NCBI GenBank assembly: GCA_038217285.1
Contig: JBBQPO010000007.1
Location: 1-53,275, forward strand
Source of the DNA: Chthonomonadales bacterium
Lineage (GTDB): Bacteria > Armatimonadota > Chthonomonadetes > Chthonomonadales > Chthonomonadaceae
DNA length: 53,275 nt
Direction of reading: 5' to 3'
Below the pieces are notes generated by a model. The model did not search any database and was not told where the DNA came from. It saw only the letters and a list, made by a program, of their open reading frames with translations. Every line of letters starts with the position of its first letter. Position 1 is the stretch's first letter. Positions 1 to 10,145 of the stretch are shown one piece after another. The position numbers and the translations under genes are program-made.

Positions 1-50
1 CCTCTTGACGGACAGTCGAGATTAGGGCAAAATGTAGGTTGTGGGTGCAT
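1..50 (-). CDS. Putative transposase, N-terminal 16 codons only (partial)
   Basis: AGGAGG-N5-ATG; MHPQPTFCPNLDCPSR(G); the frame is open to the window edge. Confidence 0.55.
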   Translation of the reverse strand, partial: MHPQPTFCPNLDCPSR

Positions 51-137
51 GGAAACCTCCTAAGTTGGATGTGGTAATCAAACTTACGAAGGACATGCCC
101 CACTTTTCACATTTTCACCGTTTGATGCGGTTCTACC
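1..137 (-). mobile_element. Left end of an insertion sequence (IS1-family-like), continuing off the window
   Basis: The minus strand begins GGTAGAACCGCATCAAA at 137 (IS1-type ends start GGT). AGGAGG precedes ATG at 50 and encodes MHPQPTFCPNLDCPSRG..., a CPNxxC zinc-ribbon start typical of IS1-family transposases. It abuts a 5'-truncated ATPase frame. Confidence 0.6.
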
Positions 138-138
138 T

Positions 139-1278
139 AGAGCGGTCTTTCGCTCTCACAATAGTCTCTATAACGCGCTGACTGCTCCCACTCAATTCTC
201 TAAGAAGTCGAAAATTGCTCTAGCACTGGATTTCGCTGGCATCCTGACAAAGGGATATTATAACGAGTTTAGTTCAGACCTTAATCGCCGCATCATCTCC
301 TTTATGAAGCCCGAAAACAGTTCTATCCTGACAATTACCGCCCTGAACGAAGAGACCCACGAAGCGAACGATCGGCTTCAATATCAGAGTTTGATCGCGA
401 GAGTGGTGACGGCAATCTGCTTCGCTCCGGTCATTCCGAAACCCTTCATCGTCAGTACGGAACGAACAGGAGCCGTGATATTTCAGGCGGCACTCAACAT
501 TGCCAACAGCCGTGTTGTCGAATTAGCAGGAAAAATGCCTACCGGTCAACTTTTGGAACGCCTGTACCCTGTGAGTTATCCTCTGCCGGTACACGACAAT
601 ATAGAATTCGTCAACTCTCTTGCGGGTATGCAAACGCGAGAAAGCGAGCTATTGAAGGCCCATCCCGATATATTGAACGATTTTGAAGATCTCATCGGGG
701 GCAGTTACCAACTCCAAAACAACACCGTCTACTTCTTGCCGAAAGGTACGCGAGGAGTACGCTTGTCGATGAGCGAAAGCTCCAGCGCTGTGCGCTCCCT
801 GGTGATTCTCGGTTTCTATCTCAAGCATATTGCCGTGCCGGGTGAATTACTCATGATCGATGAGCCGGAACTGAATTTGCATCCCGCCAATCAGCGCAAA
901 CTGGCAAGGCTTCTGGTACGTCTGGTCAATGCCGGCATACGTGTCTTTGTCACCACGCACAGTGATTATATCATCAAAGAATTCAATACGTTGATCATGC
1001 GCTTTGCGGGTGGAGAAGGTCCCCATAAGCTGCCAAGAATGGCACGTTATACGGACAAAGACATACTTGATTCACAGAAGGTGCGTGTCTACATGCTCCG
1101 TGAGGATCGAGTACGCAAGAGCGGAAACGTGCGCAGGTCGCTCGTCCCGACACTCTGCGAAGCGGATATTTCCTCAACGCTCGGTATTGCCGTGCCAAGT
1201 TTCGATGAAACTATCGATGACATGAACGCGATTCAAGAGAGTCTCTACTATGGCACGGACTATGTGGAGACTAAGTGA
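139..1278 (+). pseudogene. ABC/AAA-type ATPase (AAA_15/AAA_21-like), 5'-truncated by the IS
   Basis: Signature SESSS, Walker B/D-loop LLMIDEPELNLHP and H-loop VTTHS are present. The frame is open upstream of ATG 304 back through the IS junction, but there is no Walker A. Confidence 0.75.
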
Positions 1279-1281
1279 GGC

Positions 1282-1887
1282 ATGAATCTCCTTGACGCGA
1301 TGCAGGAACTGCTGAGTTGTAAAGCAGACGATGGAAGGACACATGCCCATGCTATTCTTGAAGAGAGCGACCCGTCATCCAAACTCCGCAAAGTGACACT
1401 CTCAAATCTCAAGCCGGGGATGTTGGTTTTGCACATAGATAACGGTAGAAAAGTGTTCGCCGGGCAATCCGGTAAGAAGAAACTGGCCACCGTCTGTATG
1501 TCCCCACTCTTCAGCATGATCAGCGGAAAAGACCATAACTGCAGTTGCGATGCTGTGCTGATACGCATTCCGGATGAGAACGACCCCGCCTGCGAAATCT
1601 TCTATATCGAATTGAAGTCGGATCGTCCTTATGGCTACTCCGGCCAGTTTCGCAGTGCGAAGTGCTTTTTTCGTTATATGCAGATCGTGCTCAAAGAGTT
1701 CTGGGGGATCGATATGAGGATTGCAAAAGAGCGTTATATTGTTCTGCATACCGATACGGAAAATGCCCGTACGAGCCTCGGAAAGCAGCGACCACAATTC
1801 TCCTCGCAAAGCGCCAATCGCCCGGAAAAACCGGAAATGCACATTGTAAAAGACGGAATGACAGTTCGCTGTACCGAACTGTTCTGA
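1282..1887 (+). CDS. Hypothetical protein with a PD-(D/E)xK-like motif, partner of the upstream ATPase
   Basis: 201 aa, starts 3 nt after the ATPase stop; CDAVLI...FYIELKS resembles a D...ExK nuclease core. Confidence 0.6.
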   Translation: MNLLDAMQELLSCKADDGRTHAHAILEESDPSSKLRKVTLSNLKPGMLVLHIDNGRKVFAGQSGKKKLATVCMSPLFSMISGKDHNCSCDAVLIRIPDENDPACEIFYIELKSDRPYGYSGQFRSAKCFFRYMQIVLKEFWGIDMRIAKERYIVLHTDTENARTSLGKQRPQFSSQSANRPEKPEMHIVKDGMTVRCTELF

Positions 1888-1918
1888 CTTGATCCTTTGC
1901 TGGAGATGTATACCGAAA

Positions 1919-2302
1919 ATGCCGACACGCGAAGCAAAAATAGCGCAAGTGGATGCGGCCCTTCGCGCCCGCTTCTTCCCGTTCGTTCCCAAAGTCGAGA
2001 ACGCCAATCGCTCCCATTGGAACACGGCTCAACATGACACGGACAGACTATCTCGCTCACTGGCAGCTTATACGCTGGTAGGCATGTGTTCTCTGGACGA
2101 TGTGGATGCAGTTGAGGCGGTCACGGATGGCGAACAGGATGGAGGGATCGACGCTTTCCATTTTAACCGCGCGACAAATCGCCTCCTCATCGTGCAGGCA
2201 AAGTACAAGACTTCCGGAACCGCGCCCGCTCAGGACGAAGTGCTCAAAACCATCAACGGCATTCGGAAACTGCTGGATCAGGATTTCGACGGCTTCAACG
2301 CC
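1919..2302 (+). pseudogene. AIPR-family protein, N-terminal fragment
   Basis: GGAGA RBS then MPTREAK. The motif VTDGEQDGGIDAFHF...LLIVQAKY is characteristic of AIPR N-termini. Protein-like sequence ends at ~2305. Confidence 0.7.
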
Positions 2303-2303
2303 T

Positions 2304-4211
2304 TTTATCAAAGAGCCTGCCGTCGTCACCCGCAAGGATTTCAGCCCCGTCGGCATCTCGGCCGAGGAGATGGAGCGCCTGAAGCTGGAAGACGGCATCC
2401 GTCTGCACGAGATCATCAAGGTCGAACTGCGCACCTATGCCCGCGAAACCGGGAACCGTGTCGTGAAGCCGTTTCTGCTCGTCATCGCGCGGGACACCTA
2501 CCACGCGACCCAGTTGGTGGGGCGCATCGAGTCGGAACTGTTCGAGGGCCGGTATGTCGGCAAAGTGCTGCAAGTCGATTCCAAACAGACCGGAGCCGAT
2601 GAAGACGCCATGGTCAAGAACCTGCTTGCCGTCGAGGACGTGGACAACGAGATCGAGATCGTCGTCCACGTCAATATGCTCAAAGAGGGCTGGGATGTCA
2701 CCAACCTTTATACCATCGTGCCGCTGCGCGCCGCCAATGCGCGCACACTGATCGAGCAGTCCATCGGGCGCGGCCTGCGTCTGCCCTACGGCAAACGAAC
2801 CGGAGTGGTCGCCGTCGATCGTCTGAACATCGTCGCGCACGATAAATTTCAGGAGATCGTGGACGAAGCCAACCGTCCCGACTCGATCATTCGCCTGAAG
2901 CAAGTGATCCTCGACCCGGCGCAGCTCACGGCAAGTCCTGTCACGGTGATTTCGCAGCCACAGTTGGAGATCCGCCTGGGCATTCCCCCCACGCACCTGC
3001 TTCCCGATATGCAGGTCGCCGAAAGCGACTCTCCGCCCGCTTTCAGCACGCCTCGAGAGCAGGAGATCGCCCAGATCGCCTATCAGGCTATCCGCCGTAT
3101 GGAGAACAGACCGGAGAAGCTTCCCGGCGTTGCATCCCTGCAAAAGCCGGATGTTCAGGCGCAGATACTGCAGGAGGTTCAGGCCCAGTATCGCCCTGTG
3201 CAGATGGAGATGGATGCGCTCATTCCCGCGCCCGACTTTGCCGCCATTGTGGCCGCGACGACGGAACTGGTCATCCAGCAGACCATCGATATACCGCGCA
3301 TTCTGGTCATCCCCAAAGCGGAGGTCAAAACCGGCTTTCGGGACTTTACGCCCGACGTAAGCATCTTCGGATACGACGCTCCTTCCGAAGATATGGTCCT
3401 TCAGCATCTGCGGACGCATCAACAGGAGATACTCACCTTCGGGCGGGGAGGCGTTGACGCAACCCGGCTGGAAGACTATATTGTCTACGAACTCATCGAG
3501 TTCAACGATGTCTCCTACGACGACAACGCTGACCTACTATACGACCTGGCAGGGCAGACCGTCGAACATTTCCGTACCTATCTCACAGAGGATGAGATAC
3601 GTCGCGTTTTGCAGATGCACAAGACCGCAATCGCCAAAAACCTTCATTTGCAGATGCAGCAGCACTACTGGGAAGAGCCTGTCGAGCATGAGACCAAAAT
3701 CAGCAAAGGATTTTCTGCACTCAAACCGAGCGCTTACACCGCGTCCGCCACGGAACCGCCTTTGAACTTCCACGTCTCCCCTCCCGACAAAACCAACATG
3801 GCGAAGTACCTTTTCGGAGGCTTTGCCCACTGCCTCTATTCCGTTCAGAAATTCCACTCCGAAGCCGAACGCATTCTCTCGGTGATCCTGGATAGAGACT
3901 CTCTGAAATGGTTCAAGCCCGCCAGAGGCCAATTTCAGATCTTCTACAAGCAGGGCGCGGATCATCACGAATACGTGCCCGACTTTGTGGCCGAAACCGA
4001 GGATAGGATCTATCTGCTGGAGCCGAAAGCCCTCAATGCAATGGAAGACCCGGTTGTGTTGGCGAAGCGCGCCGTCGCGATCAAATGGTGCGCGGAAGCA
4101 ACAACACACGCCCAGAGTTATGGGGGCAAACCCTGGAAATATCTGCTCATTCCTCATACCGCCCTCAACGAAGGAATGACGATAAGCGGGTTAGCCAGAA
4201 TATATTCCTGA
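2304..4211 (+). pseudogene. Type III restriction Res-like helicase/nuclease, C-terminal two-thirds
   Basis: Begins abruptly at FIKEPAVVTRKDF. Has helicase C-lobe motifs HVNMLKEGWDV and EQSIGRGLR and a C-terminal YVPDFV...LLEPK nuclease motif. Walker A and DExH are missing. Confidence 0.75.
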
Positions 4212-4254
4212 CTCCGGCATACCCTCTGCGGTGTCGAGACCCCTATCCGACTCG

Positions 4255-4725
4255 TTAGTTTTCGGGCCGGATGGCTCCACGGACGAATGTCTCGATAGAC
4301 GCCGCAGGCTGCGCGCCCATCGTGCGGCTTATCTCTTTGCCACCGGAGATCACGACCATGGTGGGGATCGAACGAACCTGATACTTTTCGGAGAGCGCGG
4401 GCAGGTTTTCGGTGTTCACTTTTACGACCAGAAACTTGCCGGCATTATTGGCCGCGACCTTTTCCAGTTCCGGGGCGACACGCAGGCAGGGACCACACCA
4501 CGAGGCCCAGAAATCGACGACGATGGGCAGCGGAGACTCCGCAATCAGCTTCTGAAAATCCGGTTCTGACGACACCTCGACAGGCGCGGCGGGCGGGCTG
4601 ATATCCACTTTGCAGCGGCCGCACTGACCGGTCTTCCCGAGATGCTGGAACGGGATTCTGTTTTTCTGCCCGCAGGCAGAGCAGATCTGAACGACGCCCC
4701 CTGTCTCCATTCGAAGTGTACTCAT
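4255..4725 (-). CDS. trxC: Thioredoxin 2 (zinc-finger thioredoxin)
   Basis: N-terminal CSAC...CGRC zinc site plus the DFWASWCGPC active site. Confidence 0.9.
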   Translation of the reverse strand: MSTLRMETGGVVQICSACGQKNRIPFQHLGKTGQCGRCKVDISPPAAPVEVSSEPDFQKLIAESPLPIVVDFWASWCGPCLRVAPELEKVAANNAGKFLVVKVNTENLPALSEKYQVRSIPTMVVISGGKEISRTMGAQPAASIETFVRGAIRPEN

Positions 4726-4849
4726 TCCCCGTGCTCCCTTCCGGATGTCAATACAACACTACATAGTGAATACGAGCGGTGAATCTCCGAGTTCCGGGCG
4801 AGGTAAACATTGCGGCTGCAACTTAAGGGGCGGCCCGCCCTGTCGTTTC

Positions 4850-4858
4850 TGGTATAAT
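4850..4858 (+). promoter_or_regulatory. Extended -10 promoter element for cysS
   Basis: TGgTATAAT ~45 nt upstream of the cysS ATG. Confidence 0.55.
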
Positions 4859-4902
4859 TTACGCATCTCGAACATCGCTGCTTCGTCAGGAGAGGTCTTG
4901 TC

Positions 4903-6285
4903 ATGCCTTTGTCGCTCTATAATACGCTGTCGCGCCGAAAAGAAGTGTTTGTGCCGCTGGATCCCCCGAATGTGCGGCTCTACTGCTGCGGCCCGACCGT
5001 CTACAACTACGCGCACATCGGCAACCTGCGCACCTACCTCTTCGAGGATTTTCTGCGCCGTACCCTGAAGTTCAATGGCTATACGGTCGAACATGTCATG
5101 AACATCACCGACGTAGGCCACATGACCTCGGATGGCGACGCGGGCGACGATAAGATGGAACTGGCGGCCCGCGAACAGCAGAAATCGCCGTGGGAGATCG
5201 CTCGGTTCTACGAAGAGGCGTTCTTTATCGACACCGACCGCTTAAATATCGAGCGCCCGGAGGTGACACCGCGCGCCACCGAGCACGTCGTCGAGATGAT
5301 CGAGCTGATCCAGCGCCTCGAAGCCAATGGCTATATCTATGTCACCAGCGAAGGCGTCTACTTCGATACCTCGAAATTCCCCGACTACGGCAAGATGGCC
5401 CGCCTCAATCTGACAGGTCAGCAGACCAGTCGCGACGAAGTGGTGACCGACGAGACCAAGCGCAATCCCTCCGACTTCATGCTCTGGTTCCTCAACAAGC
5501 CCACGCATCTCATGCAGTGGCAGAGCCCCTGGGGCCCCGGCTATCCTGGTTGGCATATCGAGTGCTCCGCCATGTCCATGAAGTATCTCGGCGAGACCTT
5601 CGACATCCACTGCGGCGGCGTCGATCACATCACCGTGCATCATACCAACGAGATCGCCCAGTCGGAGTGCGCGACACACCATCCGTTCGTCAAATACTGG
5701 ATGCATGGCGAGTTCCTGTTGATGAAGAAGGACGGCAAAGAGGCCAAGATCTCCAAGTCGGAGGGCGGCTCCAGTAACAGCGTGCAGGCCCTCATTGATG
5801 AGGGTTACGATCCGCTCGCCTACCGCTACTTCTGCCTCCAGGCGCACTACCGTTCGGAGTTGAGTTTCTCGCTCGCCGCGCTCGATGCCGCTACGGCCGG
5901 CCTGCGCAAAGTCTACGCGCTCTGCCCGGACAACGACCCCTTGCGCGATGACGAGACCGCCTACCAGTCCGCCCGACAGCGTGTGCTCGATGCGCTGAAC
6001 GACGATCTGGCGACACCGCAGGCCGTCGGCCTGCTGAACTCTTATGGCAGCTATCGGCTCTGGATCGAGTTCGACGCCGTGCTCGGCCTCGACATCGCCA
6101 AACGCTCTTGCCCTCCGGAAGAGGCGCTTCCCGCCAATGTCCTGGAGTTGATCGAGGCCCGCAACACCGCCCGCAAAGCGAAAGACTGGTCCGCCTCCGA
6201 CAGCCTCCGCAACGACCTTCTTGCGTTCGGCTACGAAGTCGGCGACGGCCCGCAGGGAACCACCGTCAAGAAACGGGCGCTTTAA
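4903..6285 (+). CDS. cysS: Cysteine--tRNA ligase
   Basis: YCCGPTVYNYAHIGN, PGWHIECSAM, DIHCGGVDH...HHTNE and KISKS motifs. Confidence 0.97.
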   Translation: MPLSLYNTLSRRKEVFVPLDPPNVRLYCCGPTVYNYAHIGNLRTYLFEDFLRRTLKFNGYTVEHVMNITDVGHMTSDGDAGDDKMELAAREQQKSPWEIARFYEEAFFIDTDRLNIERPEVTPRATEHVVEMIELIQRLEANGYIYVTSEGVYFDTSKFPDYGKMARLNLTGQQTSRDEVVTDETKRNPSDFMLWFLNKPTHLMQWQSPWGPGYPGWHIECSAMSMKYLGETFDIHCGGVDHITVHHTNEIAQSECATHHPFVKYWMHGEFLLMKKDGKEAKISKSEGGSSNSVQALIDEGYDPLAYRYFCLQAHYRSELSFSLAALDAATAGLRKVYALCPDNDPLRDDETAYQSARQRVLDALNDDLATPQAVGLLNSYGSYRLWIEFDAVLGLDIAKRSCPPEEALPANVLELIEARNTARKAKDWSASDSLRNDLLAFGYEVGDGPQGTTVKKRAL

Positions 6286-6305
6286 GCCATCGAGAGGACA
6301 CGAGA

Positions 6306-7424
6306 ATGAGCGACTATGGGGGGCGGATTGCGCGTTTGCAAGCGGCTATGCAGGCGGAGGGGGCGAGCCTGACGCTGCTGGCGGGAACGGATCAGATGCG
6401 CTATCTGACCGGTTGGCGTGAGGGTGGGCACGAGCGCTTCGTGGGCCTGTTCGTTCCGGCAGAGGGCCTGCCTGCCTTTGTCGTGCCGAAGATGAACGCC
6501 CCGCAGGCCCGCGAAACCCCCGCTGGCATAGCGCAGGTGCTCGGGTGGGAGGACCATACGGGCTGGCAGAGCGAGGTCGAGACGCTGCTGGCAGGATGGG
6601 GAATCGGCATGGAGAGCGCCATCCTGGTCGATGACGAGCTGCTCAGTGTGCATCTGCTCACCCTGCAAGCGCTCTGCCCTGGCACGAGTTTCCGGCCTGC
6701 AGGCGCGATCATGGCCTCGCTCCGGCAGATCAAGACCGACGCCGAGCTTGAGGCGATGCAGCGCGCCGCCGATATGATCGATTCCATCTACATCGAGTCG
6801 CTCTCCTGGCTGCGGGAGGGCATGACCGAGCTGGAGCTTCACGACCTGATCCTCGCCGCCATCAAGCAGGTTGGCTCCCGCCCCTCGTTCAGCCCCCTCG
6901 TCTGTTTTGGCGCGAATGCCGCCCTCCCGCACCACCATACCGGCGAGACACGCCTGCAAAAAGGTGACATGGTGATCATCGACATCGGATGCCTCTGGGA
7001 AAACTACGCCTCGGACATCACCCGCACCGTCGCGTTCGGCGAGCCGACCGACCCGGACGCGAAGCATGTCTATGGCGTCGTCTCGGCAGCGCATCATGCC
7101 GCGCGCGCCTTCGGTCGGCCCGGCGTCAGCGGCGAGGCGACCGATGCCGCCGCGCGCAAGGTCATCACCGAGGCGGGCTACGGCGACTACTTTGTCCACC
7201 GCACGGGACACGGCATCGGCCTCTCGACGCATGAGCCGCCCTACATCGTGCAGGGCAACGCGCAGCCGCTCCAGACAGGGATGTGCTTCTCGGTCGAGCC
7301 GGGCATCTATCTGCCGGGGCGATTCGGGGTCCGTATCGAGAACATCGTCACGGTCATGGCCGACGGGGTGCGCTCCCTCAATGTCGATGCGCCGACAGAA
7401 CTGACGGTCGTCCCGGTCGCGTAA
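6306..7424 (+). CDS. Xaa-Pro peptidase (M24 family)
   Basis: DIGC...YASDITRT, HRTGHGIGLSTHEPP, EPGIY and GVRIEN motifs; GAGG RBS before ATG 6306. Confidence 0.92.
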   Translation: MSDYGGRIARLQAAMQAEGASLTLLAGTDQMRYLTGWREGGHERFVGLFVPAEGLPAFVVPKMNAPQARETPAGIAQVLGWEDHTGWQSEVETLLAGWGIGMESAILVDDELLSVHLLTLQALCPGTSFRPAGAIMASLRQIKTDAELEAMQRAADMIDSIYIESLSWLREGMTELELHDLILAAIKQVGSRPSFSPLVCFGANAALPHHHTGETRLQKGDMVIIDIGCLWENYASDITRTVAFGEPTDPDAKHVYGVVSAAHHAARAFGRPGVSGEATDAAARKVITEAGYGDYFVHRTGHGIGLSTHEPPYIVQGNAQPLQTGMCFSVEPGIYLPGRFGVRIENIVTVMADGVRSLNVDAPTELTVVPVA

Positions 7425-7537
7425 CTTACGCGATTTACGCGACTCGGATAAGGAAAACCCGGCCTTCGCGTCGAAATGAGTTCCGGTTCGCCGCCCGTGC
7501 GCGGACGCCGACTTAACTACGAGGAGAACACTATCCC

Positions 7538-7750
7538 ATGGCGGATGTCACCATCAGTCTTATTGGAAACGGCCCGATCATGATCGAAGGCCCGATCACG
7601 CTGCTCGACGCAGACGATAACCCCATTGCAACCAAAGAGGGCAAAGCGATCTTCCTGTGCCGCTGCGGCCAATCGAGCGAGAAGCCCTTCTGCGACGGCA
7701 CGCACAAACAGTGCGGCTTCATTAGCACCAGCGTTGCGGCCACCCCCTGA
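7538..7750 (+). CDS. CDGSH iron-sulfur domain protein
   Basis: LCRCGQSSEKPFCDGTH; GAGGAG RBS. Confidence 0.9.
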   Translation: MADVTISLIGNGPIMIEGPITLLDADDNPIATKEGKAIFLCRCGQSSEKPFCDGTHKQCGFISTSVAATP

Positions 7751-7772
7751 CGCCTTTGCCTGCCACGTCGCG

Positions 7773-8447
7773 CTACAGACCGGCGAAGCCCAGAGCGGCC
7801 AGCACAGTCAGAGCCAGGACATGATTGCCGACGGCGTTCATATGGACGCCGTCGGTCGTCAGTTGAAACGCGGGATTGGCGGAACGTCCGGCGCGGATCG
7901 CCTGCACGAAATCGTCGTGCGCGGGGGCAACTGCTATCTGGCGCGAGGCCGCCACACGCTGCATGGCGGCGACGTAGTGCGCCAGATTCGCGTTGGCCCG
8001 GTTGTCGGGGCTGTCCACATCTTCGCCGATGACCGTAGGCGTCACCAGAATGATCTCGGCGTCGGTGCCTTCCCGGAGCGTATCCACCATGAGGCCGACA
8101 GTCGCCTCGTACACATCGACCGGAACGCCGTTCGGCCCATCGCCCTCCGGATAGTCGTGGGCGGGCTCCCAGTCGCGAAATCCATGCCAGACATCGTTGA
8201 TGCCCACGTTGATCGTGACCACGTTCGGCCGGTGGGAGATCACATCCCGTTGCAGTCGCGCCAGCATGTCGGGCGCTTTGTGCCCGCCGATCCCGGCGTT
8301 GACCACCCGGACGTTGCGCTCCGGGTAGCCCGCGTGAATCATATTCTCCACGACCTTCACATACCCGTCCTGCGCCTCCGTGATACTGTCGCCCAGACAG
8401 ACCAGCGTCGCGTTCTTCCCCAGCAAAAACCCCTGCTCCGATGCCAT
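7773..8447 (-). CDS. SGNH/GDSL hydrolase
   Basis: GDSIT, NAGIGG, GIND and DGVH blocks. Confidence 0.9.
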   Translation of the reverse strand: MASEQGFLLGKNATLVCLGDSITEAQDGYVKVVENMIHAGYPERNVRVVNAGIGGHKAPDMLARLQRDVISHRPNVVTINVGINDVWHGFRDWEPAHDYPEGDGPNGVPVDVYEATVGLMVDTLREGTDAEIILVTPTVIGEDVDSPDNRANANLAHYVAAMQRVAASRQIAVAPAHDDFVQAIRAGRSANPAFQLTTDGVHMNAVGNHVLALTVLAALGFAGL

Positions 8448-8593
8448 TCTTGTGCTCCTCTCTCGCTTGATCGCTTTGTCGATGAGAATAGTTTACCGCG
8501 AGACAAGGCTGGTTCACCGACGGTTCGTCTATTCTACAGACGAACAGCCCATTCATTCGAAATGTAGTCATCCATAAATCGCTTAGCCAAAAT

Positions 8594-8659
8594 TTGTATT
8601 TTGACTTGAAATCGTCTATAACAGGCCCATTTCAGAGATTTTCTCTCTGAAATGAGCCT
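8594..8659 (+). promoter_or_regulatory. Sigma70-like promoter followed by a 16-5-16 inverted repeat upstream of the RloA-like gene
   Basis: TTGTAT(8594)-17-TATAAC(8617), then AGGCCCATTTCAGAGA-ttttc-TCTCTGAAATGAGCCT (8623-8659, one mismatch). Confidence 0.55.
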
Positions 8660-8717
8660 TTTATATTGGATTTAGGGGTATGATACAAGAGACATCAGAT
8701 CACCAAGGCGGTATGTT

Positions 8718-10145
8718 ATGCTCATTCAATTTACAGTCGAAAACTTCCTTTCCTTTAAGGATAAGACGGTTTTTAGCTTGCTTGCCACAAGCGATGAAGC
8801 CCATCCCGAACACCTAATTCCAAGTGCCTTGAGGAAAAACAGAAATGTGCTTCGCGCCGCCGCTATTTACGGCCCGAATGCTTCCGGCAAATCCAATCTC
8901 ATTAAGGCGATGAAATTCGCCCGCGATTTGATTTTAGAAGGAACCGAGCCTGACAAATATATAGCCGTTACACCTTACAAATTAGGGGCTTACCTGGACC
9001 AGCCCTCTCGTTTCCAGTTTATCTTCACGTATAAGGACATTGAGTATTCCTATGGTTTCAAACTGAACAGTGTTCAAATTATAGAAGAGTTCTTGTATGC
9101 CACTCCCGCTGGGAAAGAGGTCAAATACTTCGAACGTTTCACGTCAGATGAACTCAAAACTGAGGTTACTTTCGGCCCAAGTCTAACAAAGGGAAGCAAG
9201 GAAAGACGACAGTTCCTTAGATACAAAGAAGCGGATACACGCCCTAATCAACTTTTGCTGACAGCTATTTTCGAGGGAAATATGAAGGATACTGTAGAAG
9301 AATTGAAACCGGTAATGAGATGGTTTAAATCCGTGTTGACTATTATTGAAGCCGAGTCAAAATACCGCCATCTTGACATCCGGATCAATAATACGGAGGC
9401 GCTCCAAGATTTCCTCGCCGCATTTTTGCGTACCAGCGATACAGGTATACAAGATGTAATTACAAAGGAAGTACCGTTAGATTGGGATCGTGATTTGCCT
9501 TGGGTTCCGCCGAATGTCCGAGATCAAATAATCAAGCAATTCAAAAATCAAATATCTGACGAAGAGGCTATTCCCAGACGCGTTCAAGGAATCACGATTC
9601 CGGGCATACAGCCCAACAGTTTCACCATACGTGAAGACGAGAATGGTAGGCTAATACTTCTCCAGCTTCTTCTAAGGCATACGGGGGAAGATGGAAATGC
9701 CGTAGATTTTCGCATGAACGAGGAATCCGAAGGAACGCAACGCGTGGTTCATCTGGTGCCTATGCTGTTCGATTTGAGCGAAGGAAGGGATCGAGTCATT
9801 GTTCTCGACGAATTGGACCGGCGTCTGCACCCTCATCTTTCCCGCCTTATCGTACAGGCCGCTCTGCGATGCCATAACAAGAATCAACTTCTCTTCACGA
9901 CCCATGACACTAATCTGCTTGATTTAGAATTGCTGAGAAGGGATGAGATCTGGTTCGTCGAGAAAGATAAGGCTGGACGCTCGGCCCTATATTCCCTGGC
10001 CGAATTCAAGGTCCGGCCAGACCTGCAAATCGAAAAGGGCTATTTGAACGGACGCTTTGGGGCCATTCCTTTCATTGGCGACATCAGCAGTTTAGGATGG
10101 CATGGAGAGGCTGAAGCCGAGCCAAAGGAAGGCGTTCATGCCTAA
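8718..10145 (+). CDS. RloA-like AAA_21/ABC ATPase
   Basis: MLIQFTVENFLSF start, Walker A YGPNASGKSN, ESEGT signature, LDELDRRLHP, QLLFTTHD...LRRDEIWF and YLNGRFGAIP C-terminus; AT-richer than its flanks. Confidence 0.88.
   Translation: MLIQFTVENFLSFKDKTVFSLLATSDEAHPEHLIPSALRKNRNVLRAAAIYGPNASGKSNLIKAMKFARDLILEGTEPDKYIAVTPYKLGAYLDQPSRFQFIFTYKDIEYSYGFKLNSVQIIEEFLYATPAGKEVKYFERFTSDELKTEVTFGPSLTKGSKERRQFLRYKEADTRPNQLLLTAIFEGNMKDTVEELKPVMRWFKSVLTIIEAESKYRHLDIRINNTEALQDFLAAFLRTSDTGIQDVITKEVPLDWDRDLPWVPPNVRDQIIKQFKNQISDEEAIPRRVQGITIPGIQPNSFTIREDENGRLILLQLLLRHTGEDGNAVDFRMNEESEGTQRVVHLVPMLFDLSEGRDRVIVLDELDRRLHPHLSRLIVQAALRCHNKNQLLFTTHDTNLLDLELLRRDEIWFVEKDKAGRSALYSLAEFKVRPDLQIEKGYLNGRFGAIPFIGDISSLGWHGEAEAEPKEGVHA

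Noticed and set aside
2100-2303. N-terminal 68 codons of the 703-aa ORF
   Set aside because: This is an alternative reading of the AIPR fragment; Res-like sequence starts only at ~2304.
5746-5760. KISKS instead of KMSKS in CysS
   Set aside because: A conservative variant; all other catalytic motifs are intact.
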